Shown piece by piece: positions 1 to 12,842 of a stretch of DNA of 64,000 nt. The number at the start of each line of letters is the position of its first letter. Within the stretch, counting starts at the first letter, position 1. A program made the position numbers and the translations under genes. The DNA comes from Octopus bimaculoides (taxonomy: Eukaryota): the NCBI RefSeq assembly GCF_001194135.2, contig NC_068986.1, forward strand, positions 46,512,977-46,576,976. Direction: 5' to 3'. The notes beneath the pieces were generated by a model. The model had not been told where the DNA came from and did not search any database. It saw nothing but the letters and a program-made list of their open reading frames with translations.

Positions 1-470
1 GTCCTCCATATACACTCTTTCAATACTGCTACCGTACAGAGAAAGCAAGCCTCACCTTCCTTTGATAGTCCAGTTGGCGGTATCATCTTTATCATAGACT
101 CAGCCGACAGCTGTACTCGTCCCAGATGCGACAACACGTGTTCTACGTAAATCATCAAGCCAGAGAGCTTCCGACAATGTACGAGAGCGTGCTGGACGGT
201 TTCACTGTCCTGCTCGCATCTTGGACATGTCGGTGGCACTGCTAAACCGTGCCTGGATAACCTTTCGCGAACAGGTAGAACATTCCTGTAACTCTGCCAA
301 GTCAGAGATTNNNNNNNNNNTCCAGGTAGCACCAGAGATGTCTCAGCCTCAACGCATGTCTGCGCATCATTAGCCAGGGCATCCCCAAACCACCCTTTAG
401 CGGTTCCTGGCAGCATACGGAGCGCCTCACAAGCGGAAGAGGAGTCGTACCAACTTGTTTGTCAACGACC
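1..470 (-). mobile_element. Tx1/L1-clade LINE ORF2 C-terminal fragment (post-RT GGLG motif + zf-RVT)
   Basis: Minus frame 309->1 is stop-free: SLTWQSYRNVLPVRERLSRHGLAVPPTCPRCEQDSETVQHALVHC...LKECIWR (CxxC-x8-H-x4-C zf-RVT signature). Across the N gap, LVRRSVCCQEPLKGGLGMPWL...LRLRHLW is the GGLG motif of L1/Tx1 ORF2. The element runs off the window edge. Confidence 0.85.
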
Positions 471-517
471 GTTTGGCAGAAATGAAATAACGTTGGTATG
501 AATAACCAAATATATCT

Positions 518-1098
518 ACAGGAAGTTAGCATAGTACGAGACAGGTAACCTCGTTCACTTCCTGTTAACGAGCAAGGCAGATAATCTCGTACTTCCTGTT
601 AAAAAGGGGAGTGGGGGGACATGACGGGAGCTTGGAGTGAATAGATCCAGAACGAGAGACGGAGCTGCATACGGGTCGGACCGTTCACTACCTACCTTGA
701 AACCATTGAGACTGGACATAATCTCCATATATGAACATTTACTTCCCTGTTTTTCTTACATTATAATTTGTCTGACTGTAACAACGGGCTGACTGCATTA
801 ACCGAGTTCAAATATTGCCCTGACTTCGGTTCACTTTGAATGCAGGAAGCAAAAACGCAGTATGTTCATTGTCGAAGTTTCAAAGGATCTACGGTACTGC
901 AGTCAGTAAGTGGGTTTCAAAACCTTGAAGTGTTTTTCAACACAAACGCAGAGTTCCCCGTCTAGGAATGAACAGTGTCTACGAATGGATTTGGGTCCAC
1001 AATTTTAAACATTGAACTTGGCAAGAACTAAAATGTTAGCGCTCCAAATGGCGTAGTTAAGCGTTAGTATGTTTGAATAAAAGTTTGGCAACGGAAGT
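518..1098. promoter_or_regulatory. Cluster of ETS-like (GGAAGT) motifs in CpG-retaining sequence; candidate promoter
   Basis: ACAGGAAGT 518-526, ACTTCCTGT 557-565 and 591-599, ACGGAAGT 1091-1098. CpG dinucleotides are visibly more frequent in 1-1480 than in most of the window. Confidence 0.35.
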
Positions 1099-1696
1099 TT
1101 GTAACGCAGTAATGCACTGAGCCTCGGCAAAGGATAACTTTTGCTTAATTAAGTGCGCCAAAAGAGTGTCAATAGGGTGAGGAGGGGTACAAAAAAGTGA
1201 TGATGCACGCCTTGTTGTCTCTACCCACTAAGTAACACCATACGCAGCAACTAAGGCGTGGGTATGGTTAACGGAGAAGCTATTGCAAGCAGTAATAGGG
1301 CTTCAAAAGCTTTGATGTGATTTTTTACAACGAACCACCGCTATGGCCCTCGACTAAGAACGCCTATTGCTCAATGTTACGCATTGGAACTTGCAAAAAC
1401 TATGGAACATAGGTTCTTTTGCTGTCTTTCTTCAAAGTAAAAAGTGTAACGATGTAATGACTAACCGTTCGGCAACTGTTTTTTTAAATTTTTTATAAAG
1501 GTAGCATTACATTGAACCCAGGCAAAGAAAAGGTAAGTGCTTCATTTATTGGGCCAAAAAATGTGTGAAAAAGGTCCCTCTTTATGCAGTTATAGTTTAT
1601 TTACTGTTGAGGAACTTTCATTTGGTAATGCTTGAATAATACATATTCCCAAAGGACAAGCAAAACATTTATCTTCATACTTTTAATTTTACTTTT

Positions 1697-2086
1697 ACTT
1701 GTTTCAGTCACTAGACTGAGGCACCACCTTGAAGAATTTTTAGTTGAATGAATCGACTCCAGTACTTTTTTTCAAGCCTGGTACTTATTCTATCAGTCTC
1801 TTTTGCAGAACCATTAGGTTATGGAAGCATAAACACACCAACACTTGTTAAGTGCTGGCGAAGGACAAACACAAGCACAAAGGCACATACACGGGTATAT
1901 ATGTTTGTGTGTGTGTGTGTGTGTGATGAGTTTCTTTCAATTTCCATCAACCAAATCCCCTCGCAAGGCTTTGGTCAGCCTGAGACTTTAGTAGAAGACA
2001 CTTGCCCAAAGTGTCACACTGTGGAACTGAACCTGGAGCCATGTGGTTGGGAAGCAAGCTTCTTACCACATAGCCACGCCTGTGCC
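1697..2086 (-). mobile_element. tRNA-derived SINE (octopus-type family), composite copy with (TG)n
   Basis: Reverse complement has A/B-box-like head (GGCGTGGCTATGTGG...GGTTCAGTTCC) and body AAGTGTCTTCTACT...CCAAAGCCTTG, shared with many copies in this window. Confidence 0.75.
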
Positions 2087-2117
2087 TATTAAAGTTAAAT
2101 TCATCAATGAATAATAA

Positions 2118-2330
2118 TGGTTTCAAATTTTGCTACAAGGCCAGCAATTTCAAGGGAGAGGTTAAGTCAGTTATGTTAACCACAGTACTCAACTGGTACT
2201 TATTTTAATGACTCCAAAAGGATGAAAGGCAAAGTTGACTCTGGAGGCATTTGAACTCAGCTCATAAACACAGACGAAATGCTGCTAAGCATTTTGCTCA
2301 GTATGCTAACAACTCTGCTAGTTAGCCACC
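2118..2330 (-). mobile_element. Second tRNA-derived SINE family copy
   Basis: Reverse complement: GGTGGCTAACTAG...GAGTTCAAATGCC...CAACTTTGCCTTTCATCC...TAAGTACCAG; similar to 23570-23860 and 45170-45340. Confidence 0.6.
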
Positions 2331-3931
2331 TTATATATTAATGAATAATAATAACAACAACGATAATTACTGAACATCTCAAATTACCTGAAATGAAGTA
2401 GCTAACTTGTGAATCAATAAAAGATTTGCTAATGATGATTAATGCTCGAATTTCCAATTGTGAGCTTTTGAAGTTTGAAGACGATTTGGAGCAAGAAATA
2501 ATGAAATGAATTTTCTTAGCCAGTATTCATTTGGTGGAACTGAAAATGAAGAAGTTTCTCATTCAAATGGTCAACCAAAAAGAAAGTATTGTCTCTAATT
2601 ATTAGATCTCACCTCAGTTATATGCTCTCTATCTGGTTTTCTCATTTGGTAGAGTTCATAAGGAGTAAACTCCACACCTAATATTTTCACTAAGAACCAA
2701 AGTTGAGCAGGCTATACATTCTAAGCAAATCATTTGGAGTGTCTGTACTTTATTGCATATCCAAAGAGAACACCATGCTTTTGGAACAATTAGAATATGT
2801 GCAAAGGGTAAGAGGATACAGTTCCTAATGGTTTTGTGAGTCAAATAAATTCCATTTTCTTTTTAGTAAATGAGCTGAGGTAAAAATGATTCAAAGCAAA
2901 TACCACACAGAATGAAGAGAGTTAGAAGCAATTCAGAAGGATGAATTTTAGGACATCATTTCTTTCCATCTTAGTTCACATATTAATAATATCAAATATG
3001 AAATAAATGGTACCGCTATTGTCTATATCATTAGCTACAAAAGTAACTTGCCCAATTCTATCTATTTAACTACCAGATACCCTGAGTTTTAGGGACACAA
3101 CAGCAATACTAATTACCTTTGATGGTCGAACTAATGAGGAAGCTTCTGCATTGTCACTAGACTTGTCTGGAAATAGCAGCTAAATATTTGTTAAATCATT
3201 CTTTATTCTATTTTAAAAATGATGGGATGGTTATGCTTAGAATGCCTTTGATCATAAGTCTGGTCAATTAAGGCTGACCGGGAGCTAAAAAATAAACTAT
3301 TGATCTTTCAAGACTTGAACTCGATTGGAAAGTTAAAATTAATTCAAGGTAATGTAAGAAATATGTTGGAATTGTCATATTTCATTTTGGCAGAGGCACA
3401 TTATGACTTTGAATTGATTAGTCCTAACATATAGAACTTTGGTGAGAATATTTTTTCATGTAACTTATCATAGAATGTTGTGAACAATTCACTAAATTGA
3501 CTCAAATAGATTGTACATTAATGCATTTACAACAGACTGCAAAGTTGCCAAAATTATAATTAAATGTGATTGTAGTGAGGTAAAGTATGTGTCAGCAATT
3601 GTTTGGGTTAATAATAGCGGTTTATGAATGATTGCACATTATGAAGTACAAATCAACAATTGTATTTTTGGCTACTCTTACCCAACACCAAGAATGGAAT
3701 GATTACTTGTTTAGTTTAGGCTCAATATTTTTTGAAACTCAATGCTCAAGATAGGAAGAGGCTACTAAAGTTATTCCTGATTGTAAACATTAAAACTGTA
3801 AGGAGAGTATCATTGTTGTTTTTAACATATTTTGAGACACCAGAAAAAAAGGGTAAATTATATTATGATATTTTTATTTCTGTGTTCAATTTCAAATGAT
3901 GTCACTATTGAGTTTATATTTTATCCTTCAG

Positions 3932-3942
3932 GAATCAATGGA
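3932..3942 (+). other. Candidate 11-nt microexon
   Basis: ttttatccttcag|GAATCAATGGA|gtaagt: pyrimidine-tract acceptor and consensus donor. Confidence 0.3.
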
Positions 3943-5299
3943 GTAAGTATATGTAAGATTATATCAGCTATAACCTACCCCATTCTTTAAAAATTTGATA
4001 ATTTTTCCTTTTGAGACGAACACTAAGATTCTTTACATAGAAAAGATAATGTTAATATGAAATTATTTCAATTCTTGTTCTAAACAATTTTATCATCATA
4101 GTCTTTGTAGAGGACCTTTTAATCTAACAAAACAATTTCCCTGTTGGGTTTATTTCTTTATAGTCAAGTTCAGAACAATCAGAACCACACATGTTCTTTC
4201 AACTGGGCTTCTGAATAAATCATCTGGTAGTGTATATCTAATAATCAATGAAAAAAATTGCTAAACAAGGTCAAGGAAATGATACATAGTGTTAGAATAT
4301 ATTTCTAATTTTGCCCTACACCTTGAGATGATTAATCCTGGATGGTAATTAATAGATAAATTGGTTGAAAGAGTGCAGCTATTGCTCAGATAGCCACAAA
4401 AACTGTATAAGATGCTAGTATGTGAAAATTGCAAATCTTTGTTATAGTTGGTTCTGTAAATATATATATATAGATGAGAGAGTTAGTATGTGAAAGGACG
4501 TGGTTGGATGTATAAAAGACAAAGTAGAGTGAAAAACTACAGAAAATTTGTGTTATATGGTTAAAGAATATATTTAAATTGTTATTTTAGGAAAATGTTA
4601 TAAAATTTTGTGCAAAGTAACATTGTTTCTTGGAGAAATAACGGATTTCGTATTTTCTTTTCAAATTTCTCAATCAATATTGTATCATCTCTTTGCTATG
4701 AAGTAAAGTATGAGAATTCCAGACAAGGGAAGGTAATTAGGGATTTTTTTGGTATAATGGAGATAATCAAAAATGTTGGGAATGACTAGATTTTATTAAT
4801 TTAACATGATTTGGTTTAGAAAGAATAGAATGTTAGAACTGGTTGTGTTTTGCTTTATATTTTTTTTCAAAGAGATAAGTTTCCTTATTTTAAAATTTCT
4901 AGAAATGGTTAAGTTTTTGGAATGCCACTGAAATTCAAACAAAAAAGGAAAATATGGCTCTTCTAAACTGGAGGAATTTAAGTTAAGGTGGCAAGTTTCT
5001 GTTTTGAGTTGTATGTGATGGATTTTTATTTTTTCAAAGATACAGTGTTAGCATTTTGACACAGATGTTGTTATGGTTAAAGTGACTCATACTTACAGTG
5101 GTTGTCAGTAGATTGGATTTAAGAAGTCTGTATGTTTAGGACAAGGCAATATCTTCAGAAGAGTTAACACCTTCAGTAGTTAATTTCATGGAAAAGTATA
5201 AGAAACAAAACAAAATAAATGGGAAAATAAAAATCCAAAGCCCAGAAGGCACCAAAAACTTTAGTTTTAGTTTTATGCTGTAAGGAAGCAACTGAGGGA

Positions 5300-5640
5300 A
5301 TCATCATCATCATCGATTTACGTCCGCTTTCCATGCTAGCATGCGTTGGACGATTTGACTGAGGACTGGTAAACCAGATGGCTACACCAGGCTCCAATCT
5401 GATTTGGCAGAGTTTCTACGGCTGGATGCCCTTCCTAACGCCAACCACTCCGAGAGTGCAGTAGGTGCTTTTACGTGTCACTGGCACAAAGGCCAGTCAG
5501 GCGATACTGGCAACAGCCACGCTCGAAATATTGTATTTTATGTGCCACCCACACAAGAGCCAGTCCAGGGGCACTGGCAACAATCTCGCTCGAATGTCCT
5601 TACATATGCAACGGGCACAAGTGCCAGAAAGGCGACTGAC
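5300..5640 (-). mobile_element. RTE-tail-related dispersed repeat ending in (CAT)n
   Basis: CATCATCAT..TTTACGTCCGCTTTCCATGCTAGCATG..GCCAACCACTCCGAGAGTG; homologous to 14345-14650, 29750-30060, 33324-33797 and 54960-55750. Confidence 0.75.
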
Positions 5641-5689
5641 ATTTCCAACATGGGTCTTTGACTGAAGACAAAGAAAAATAAATTCTTTT

Positions 5690-6830
5690 GAAAGAAGGAC
5701 ATGTATATACTTTAACTAAACTCAATTGCTAGAAGTGTTGAAATAATAATACGGTATTGACAGGTAAAACAGTAAAGCAGGGTAAATGAAATGAAGGCAA
5801 CAACAGATTGTTGAAAGTGTGATGTACCGTCAGTTTATGCTTCACTGTGAAGTATGACGGTGAGTGTGGGCTACTGCTGAATGCTTGAAAGCTGTGGAGT
5901 GGGACTGATACTTTGGCTGTAGGTATGTGAGTTTGAATATGTTACAAGAAGAAGGTGTCAATTATTCAAAACAATGTGGATGTGCAGTACCAAGATAGAA
6001 GAGTATTTGTTGTTCACATTGTAATTGAGATAACTGGAAACCATGATGTAAGACAAAACTACTGAAGGTGAGGTGCAGAGAAGCATGGTCTAGAGTGTTG
6101 AAGTCGATGAACCTCAGATGATCTGGCACTGTTTCAGCAGTAGTCTGAAAGATGCTGCTTAAATTGATCTCGTAGTCACTGACCAGTATCACCTACCTAT
6201 ATCTGACAATATAATTGATGTTTTATACAGCAGATAGGGAACTATTTAGTGAAATGGAAGGAGAGGTTGTTGGGGAACTATTTTGTGAGGTGGAGGGATG
6301 GGTTGTTAGGTCCTGCTATGGAAATAATAGTATGATGAAGAGATAGGTGCAGTGGAAGTGATGGAGATAGGATTTGCGTTGAGTGTAGAAAATGGGGAAG
6401 AACTATGAAGTTATGTAGGTTGAGGCATTTCTGAAGGAGATAATGGGTTGTTTAGGTAAGAGGGGGGAAGAACTGGAGCAGGATTGGAAGAGATGGAAGT
6501 ACTGCAGGATGGAACGCTGAAAAGGCAATATGGTAGGATGGTAGGCAATGTGAGGAAGGGATGACAGTTGATAGTGGGTGGATACAAAATACCAGGACAG
6601 AAGTATAAGTGACATTGCTGATGCAGTGATGCATGTTGTAGATTGCTGATTCAGAGTAACCATATCTTGTGATGTGGCTGACAATACACTGAGACCGAGT
6701 CTTGAAGGTAGGCTCATAGTTAGAGAAATTGGCAGCGCTGGAGGAATTAGGAGACAGTAGATGTGGTGTGAGTGGAGAATGGTAATATGAAATTAAGACA
6801 GAAGTGGGAGTCAGTCAGTTTATAAAAGAC
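5690..6830 (-). mobile_element. Highly degenerate Penelope-like RT remnant
   Basis: Frameshifted minus-strand fragments LHLTFSSFVLHHGF..YLNVNNKY and RYI..HFIYPALLF resemble PLE RT motifs (VLxxNxFxFN, RYIDD, HPxLxFT). Matched by eye only. Confidence 0.4.
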
Positions 6831-8145
6831 AGAGGTGGAAATAGTTGTATCTTGCTTAAGGACACAATGTGCTGCCAGGACTTGAACTCACAACCTATCA
6901 TCATCAGCTAAATACCCTAACTACTAAGCTATGTTCCTTCACATTCATTGTTATAGTGCAAAACTAATTACACACATTGGAGAGGGAGTAGAAGTAATGA
7001 ATGTTCAAGTTATGCTTTTATCTCTTTCAAAGACATCCATTTTCAATTTTTTCAATAATTTTTAGTAATTTTTATCAATGCACACAATGGCATTATCTTG
7101 TGAAAGATTACTACAATTATTAAGTTTAATCCCACTGGGTATCCATTTTGAATCTGATCCCAATGAATTTTGTTGATTACAATAAATCTGCACATGATAT
7201 CCTTGGATTATTTCTCTCTGGCTTTGTACCAGTGAACATACTCTGTGTATACATGTTTTGCTTTCTCTTTATTAAACTGGCAGACAAGTGAATGAGTATG
7301 CTTTGCTGGTAATGCCTAATGAAACTGAAACATATCTAGAGCTGTCATTGTGTCTGCCAAATATCAGATTATTCTTTCCTTTACCATATTACTTATTTCC
7401 AATTTTAATTAACTGAGACTTTAATGCACCAATCTATTTCCAAAAAAACAATTTTTTTTTATTTGATTTTGAGTTGTTACTATTATCTTTGTTTGGACTG
7501 ATTCAAGCATTGTAAATATTTACCTTTTCTTGATACAATCTTGATTAATTAAAGTTACCACATTCACAATTTGTGCTAGCAATTACTTTACTACATATAT
7601 CGAGATCACTATGGTTACTGATGTCTCTTATTGGCTACCACTTAAATTTCTTAATCAACTTTGAATGACAACTAGATGTCATTCATACAATCATTATTAT
7701 CAGTTGTGACAGACAAAGACCATTGTGAGAATTAAAAATAGTTGTAGATATTTTTTTGGAATACATTGTTAATGAGATTAATTATTTACCTATTTTGAAT
7801 TCCCAGGTGCCAACAAAGTTACCATGTAAAAGACACTTAAACTGACCATTCCGATGATATGGTAGTTGTACATATAACTACGCAGTAGTAATGTAAATAA
7901 TTATATCTTGAGCAATTACATTTTTTTAAGAGAGATATTTTCAAAAACACACACCTGCTCTCACTTTCTAAAATTTCAAATTGAATAAAATGCATTGTGA
8001 TAGTTTTAGACCAAAATTTTCAAGTTGCTTCATATTCTTTTAAAAGCTATTATAAAATAGAAAGATTTTAGCAGAACAATTGATTTTGTTTACAGAATGT
8101 AATTGTAATTCAATACAAATATTGTTGAAGTTAATATTATTTTAG

Positions 8146-8175
8146 TGGATAGAAGGATTGGGAAAAGGCAGTAAG
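8146..8175 (+). other. Candidate 30-nt exon (WIEGLGKGSK)
   Basis: ttattttag|TGGATAGAAGGATTGGGAAAAGGCAGTAAG|gtgagt; only frame 0 is open; phase 0-0. Confidence 0.35.
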
Positions 8176-8949
8176 GTGAGTGAAGTTGATTTTTAATTTG
8201 AATTGTTTTTGTAGTAGCAGATGTGTTCTGCTACACACTGAACAAAACCAACAGGAAGCCTCTGTTTGGTCATTCCAATAGCAAGAAAATGTGACCCATC
8301 TTCTTCAAATCCTACACTAATATCTTAGAAAAGAAGAACATACTAAACAGGCTATCGTAGCTGTAATGCTTTTGAGGATAGGAATACTGAATCAAGTCTG
8401 ACCTGGGCCGAACAATAAAAACTATACTTTTTAAGGACACTTCATGTTCAGAAACAAATATTTTCTGATCTGATAATGATTATATGAGATTGATTGGCTC
8501 TCACATACTATGGAAAGAAGAATAAATGCATTAAGTATAACAGGGAGACTGTAACAGAGACTTTAAAGCACAACTATGTCCTCCAAGATTATTTTGTATT
8601 CTGAGCCAACCCTAAATTTTTTTTTCTTTTGTATCTCAAGTTAAAAGAACGAAAAGACTAAAATAAAAAGAAAGATATTGAGTAAATTATAAAGAAATTG
8701 AGTAAAACATGAAATGCAAATAAAATTCACAAGATTTAGATAACCTGCACACCGATATTTGCTTTCATTCAACTTAATTAGTGAAGTGTATTTACATTAA
8801 AGGTTTTAAAGAATTCATGCTTTGAAGTTCTGTTTAAAGAATTAGAGTTTGCTGTTTTTTTATTGTATTATGAGAAGACCAAAGAAGCATTTCTTTTGCA
8901 ACACCTTAATTCATTTCAATTTTAAGTTGTCAACCTCTCCAAAGAAAGC

Positions 8950-10150
8950 AAACCATTACATAGTCACATGACAAAGACTTGGATTTCTTTGCCACCTCAC
9001 CTATAACCAGTGAGGCAGTTATGATGGATTACATCTACATTAGTGAAGAAGATATACTATTAGCCATAAATGAGGTAGACACAAACTCAACTGCTGGTCC
9101 TGATGGTTTCCTAGCAATCCTCCTTAAATTGTGTAAGCATGCCCTGGTGAAACCACTACAGATTCCCTTTCAGAGCCTTCTTGCAAATGGCAAGCTGCCA
9201 AGCAAACTGAAGGAGGGAATAATATGCCCAATCCAGAAAGGGAAGCAGAGCAGATGCCTAAACTATACCCCTATCTCTCTGACTTCACACATCAGCAAAG
9301 TCATGGAATGGATAGTCAGAGGAAAACTAATCAAATTCCTTGAAGAAAACGACTTGCTGAGTGATACCCAGCATGGCTTTCGACTAGATAGGAGCTGCCT
9401 GATCCAGCTCTTACAGCACTATGACTGAGTGTTGAGGCAGTTACTCATCAACTCAAATGTGGACATAATATACGTTGACTTTGCAAAATAATTTGATAAA
9501 GTGGATCATGCTATGATATGCCACAAACTGCGTAATCCCAGCATAGCTGGAAAACTTGAAAAGTGGTTACATGACTTTCTGAAAGACAAAAGTCAGGCAG
9601 TAGTGGCCAATGGAGCCACCTCAATGAAAACACAAATAATGAGCAGTGTTCCACAGGGCACTGTCTTGATACCACTGCTTTTCATAGATATGCCCTCAGC
9701 TGCCTGGATAGCCACCCTTGCTAGCTACACAGACGATATGAAAATCTCACAGAAAATATAGAACCCCAGTGATGTTGCCCACCTGCAGCAGAAGTTGGAC
9801 TCAATTTACAGATGGGCTGAGGACAATAACATGCAGTTTAATGCTGAAAAATTCCAAGCCCTGCACTACCAGCATCCAAAAATGAATGTAAAACTTACAG
9901 TGTATATTTTGTCCACAGGGGATTACAATCCCAGAGCCTAAATCAGTGAGGGACCTGGGTATCAGCATGAGTGATGATATCTCTTTCCAAGTGTATATTA
10001 CCAGAATGGTGAAAACTGGCTGGATGGATGCTAAGAACATTCAGAACCAGAGAGAAAGAAACCATGATGGTCCTCTGGAGGACATTTGTCCTCAGCCGCT
10101 TGGATTACTGCTCCCAGTTATGGTCACCCAAACTCTGTTATTCACAAAAT
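8950..10150 (+). mobile_element. CR1/L2-type LINE reverse transcriptase pseudogene fragment
   Basis: STAGPDG...NYTPISLTSHISKVME...QHGFR..RSC, then VDF..FDKVDH, VPQGTVL.PLLF and YTDD (decayed YADD), with stops and frameshifts. Confidence 0.9.
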
Positions 10151-10248
10151 GCCACATATTAGAGGAGGCTCTCAATAATAACAATGTAAGAAACAGCAGT
10201 GCCCCAGCGTGGCCACAGCTTTGAGCTGAAACTATAAAAAATAAAGAC

Positions 10249-10284
<36 letters not shown>

Positions 10285-10599
10285 GCATTACTATATNNNN
10301 NNNNNNNNNNNNNNNNNNNNNNNNNNNNNNNNNNNNNNNNNNNNNNNNCTATATAATAACGCCTCACGCCTCCCTCATGGCATGAGGCATTATTATATAG
10401 TAATGCCCTTATATAAATATAAATATATATTTCGGGAATAAATGATGGATTTTTTCCCTTATGAGGTTTTTTTTCACGCTAGCTACTTGATAAATTCTTG
10501 TAAAAGAATTCATCCTATTATTGAATTTTTATATATATATATATATATATATAAGAGAGTATTGTAGTTCGCTTGTAGCATTGTGTATTGTTTGGAAAG

Positions 10600-10793
10600 A
10601 ATAAAAAGTTTAGAAAGGTATAACAATGCACTATAGAACACAAAAATGGACTATATACCTGTTGTAACTTGGTTATTTATAGTCCGATGATATTTCGGAA
10701 TTAGAAATAATTATAAATAACCAAGTTACAACAGGTATATAGTTCATTTTTTTGTTCTATAGTGCATTGTTGTACCTTACTAAACATTTTATT
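10600..10793. repeat. Imperfect inverted repeat (~80-bp arms, 32-bp spacer)
   Basis: 10600-10680 matches the reverse complement of 10713-10793 with several mismatches. Confidence 0.85.
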
Positions 10794-11149
10794 ATATATA
10801 TATATATTTATATATATATATATCCCCCAAAAAGAACAACAACCACAAGAAAAAACAACAATGCGAGGATGTGGCACATGCAAAGTATTAGCAGACACTC
10901 AGGAAAGGAAAGAAAGGTGGTTTTACGTTTCGATCAAATCTCTTTATCAGAAACAGGAATCGGAGGAAAGTCCAAGAGAAAAGCAAGACGGAGGAAAAAC
11001 ACTCGCCAACAATTAACCTGTATATACATATATATATATATAGGCACACACACACATATATTAACGTATGTATATATATATATATATGTATAAATATATA
11101 TACATAAATGTGTATGTGTGCCGGTGTGTGTGTATATCTATATATATGC

Positions 11150-11640
11150 ACCAAGAAATGGATGCCGAAATCTCAAAAAGAATAAGAGCAGGAGAGAAGG
11201 CATTTAATTCAATAAAGGATGTACTCAAATCAAATCTAAACAATACCATATTGGCCAGTCTCTTCAATAACACCATTGTACCTCCCCTATAATATGCAAG
11301 TGAGAATTGGGCTACTACGATATGGATAGAACATTGATCAACTACAACACAAAGGGCTATAGAATGATCCGTGCTTGGAATATCATTACAAGAAAACATT
11401 TGAAATGAGATAATTCAGGAACAGAGTAGAGTGAATGATGTGCTCATAGAGTACTGAAAATATAAGTTCTGCTGGTCTGGACATGTCACAAGAGGTGGAT
11501 CTATGCAGTTGCTGAGTGGTGTCCAGAAATCAGAAAAGGCATGATGATGGGAAGACAATTTAGTTAAGCAGTTTGGGTCAAGATGGGAAAAAATTGGAAG
11601 TGCATTGTGACCAGTGGTGTATAACAGCATTTAATGGTCT
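11150..11640 (+). mobile_element. RTE-type LINE 3' RT/thumb fragment
   Basis: EISKRIRAGEKAFNSIKDVLK..LFNNTIVPPL*YASENW..TTQRAIE..WSGHVTR matches the RTE ORF C-terminus, with stops. Confidence 0.75.
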
Positions 11641-12377
11641 GGTGGATATTATAGTGCTATGACGTGTGTGTGTATGAAAACTAATTTTAAATCTTAAAAG
11701 CAGGAATGCTAATATTTTTATTGAAGTATGAACAGATTGAAGAGGAGAAACATGTATTTTTAAAATTTATATATATATATTTATTTATTCATTTAACCAT
11801 CATTATTATGCTCAAAAAGTGTTTATATATATTTATCTATTACTAATAGAAATGATAGCATTGTAATTTGTAAAGAAATGATGTAAAGTACTCTATTTGT
11901 TTTCTACTTACTATCATTCAATCTTACAAGATGGAATCAATTTTAACATTGTTTTGACACTTGATATATATATATATATATATACTTAAAATATTAATTT
12001 CCTCAGGGTGTTTTTTTTCTACTTTCAGATATATGTATATCTATATTGAAGATAGATAGGTTTCTTTTATGATAGATCATTATAAGTTTTTAACTTCTAA
12101 CTAGATTTAGGTCATAGATCAAATTTAATAAGTTCAGTACAACTTGCTGTCTAATAAACTGTTTGACTTCTGGTATAAAGCTTCACAAGTGTTTATTTTA
12201 CAGGACTATCAGAAATTGAGAGAAAAAAAATATTAATCAATAACTGAGAAACTAAGAATTCTGAAACATTATTCAAAATCATTTATTCATTACTTATTCA
12301 CATACACACTCTGTAACACACACACACACACACACAAAGACACACACAGGTGCACACATATATAAGTATATATATAC

Positions 12378-12411
<34 letters not shown>

Positions 12412-12439
12412 NNNNNNNNNNCATACACACAAACACACA

Positions 12440-12477
<38 letters not shown>

Positions 12478-12810
12478 ATTATTAATATCAGGAAATCAAT
12501 ATTGGATATATATATATATATTCACACATACAGGCATACAATGGCATGAGTTGGATAGTTTAACAAGAACAGACAAGTGAGAGGGCTCATCCAAGTTCTA
12601 TGTCTACTTTTGCATGGTTTTTGCAGTTCGATACCGTTCCTAATGCCAACCACTTAACTGAGTTACAGAGTGCTTTTTTCATGACACCAGTGGTGTCACC
12701 AAGTACCTACAAGATCAGAGTGGGGTATAGATTGGAGGGATAAGAAACTACGATTGTGGGAGAGGAACAGATGTCTTGCTGAAAAGGTGAATACATGGCT
12801 TGTTCACCTG

Positions 12811-12842
<32 letters not shown>

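Noticed and set aside
600-782. Polypurine tract followed by TG...ACA, like a 3' LTR
   Set aside because: Termini are imperfect, and no second LTR, TSD or gag/pol remnant was seen.
2388-2539. Minus segment with strong acceptor and donor
   Set aside because: All three frames contain stops; at best a UTR or terminal exon, unsupported.
10281-10412. AAGGGCATTACTATAT inverted across a gap, plus a small hairpin
   Set aside because: Gap-adjacent; cannot be separated from mis-assembly.
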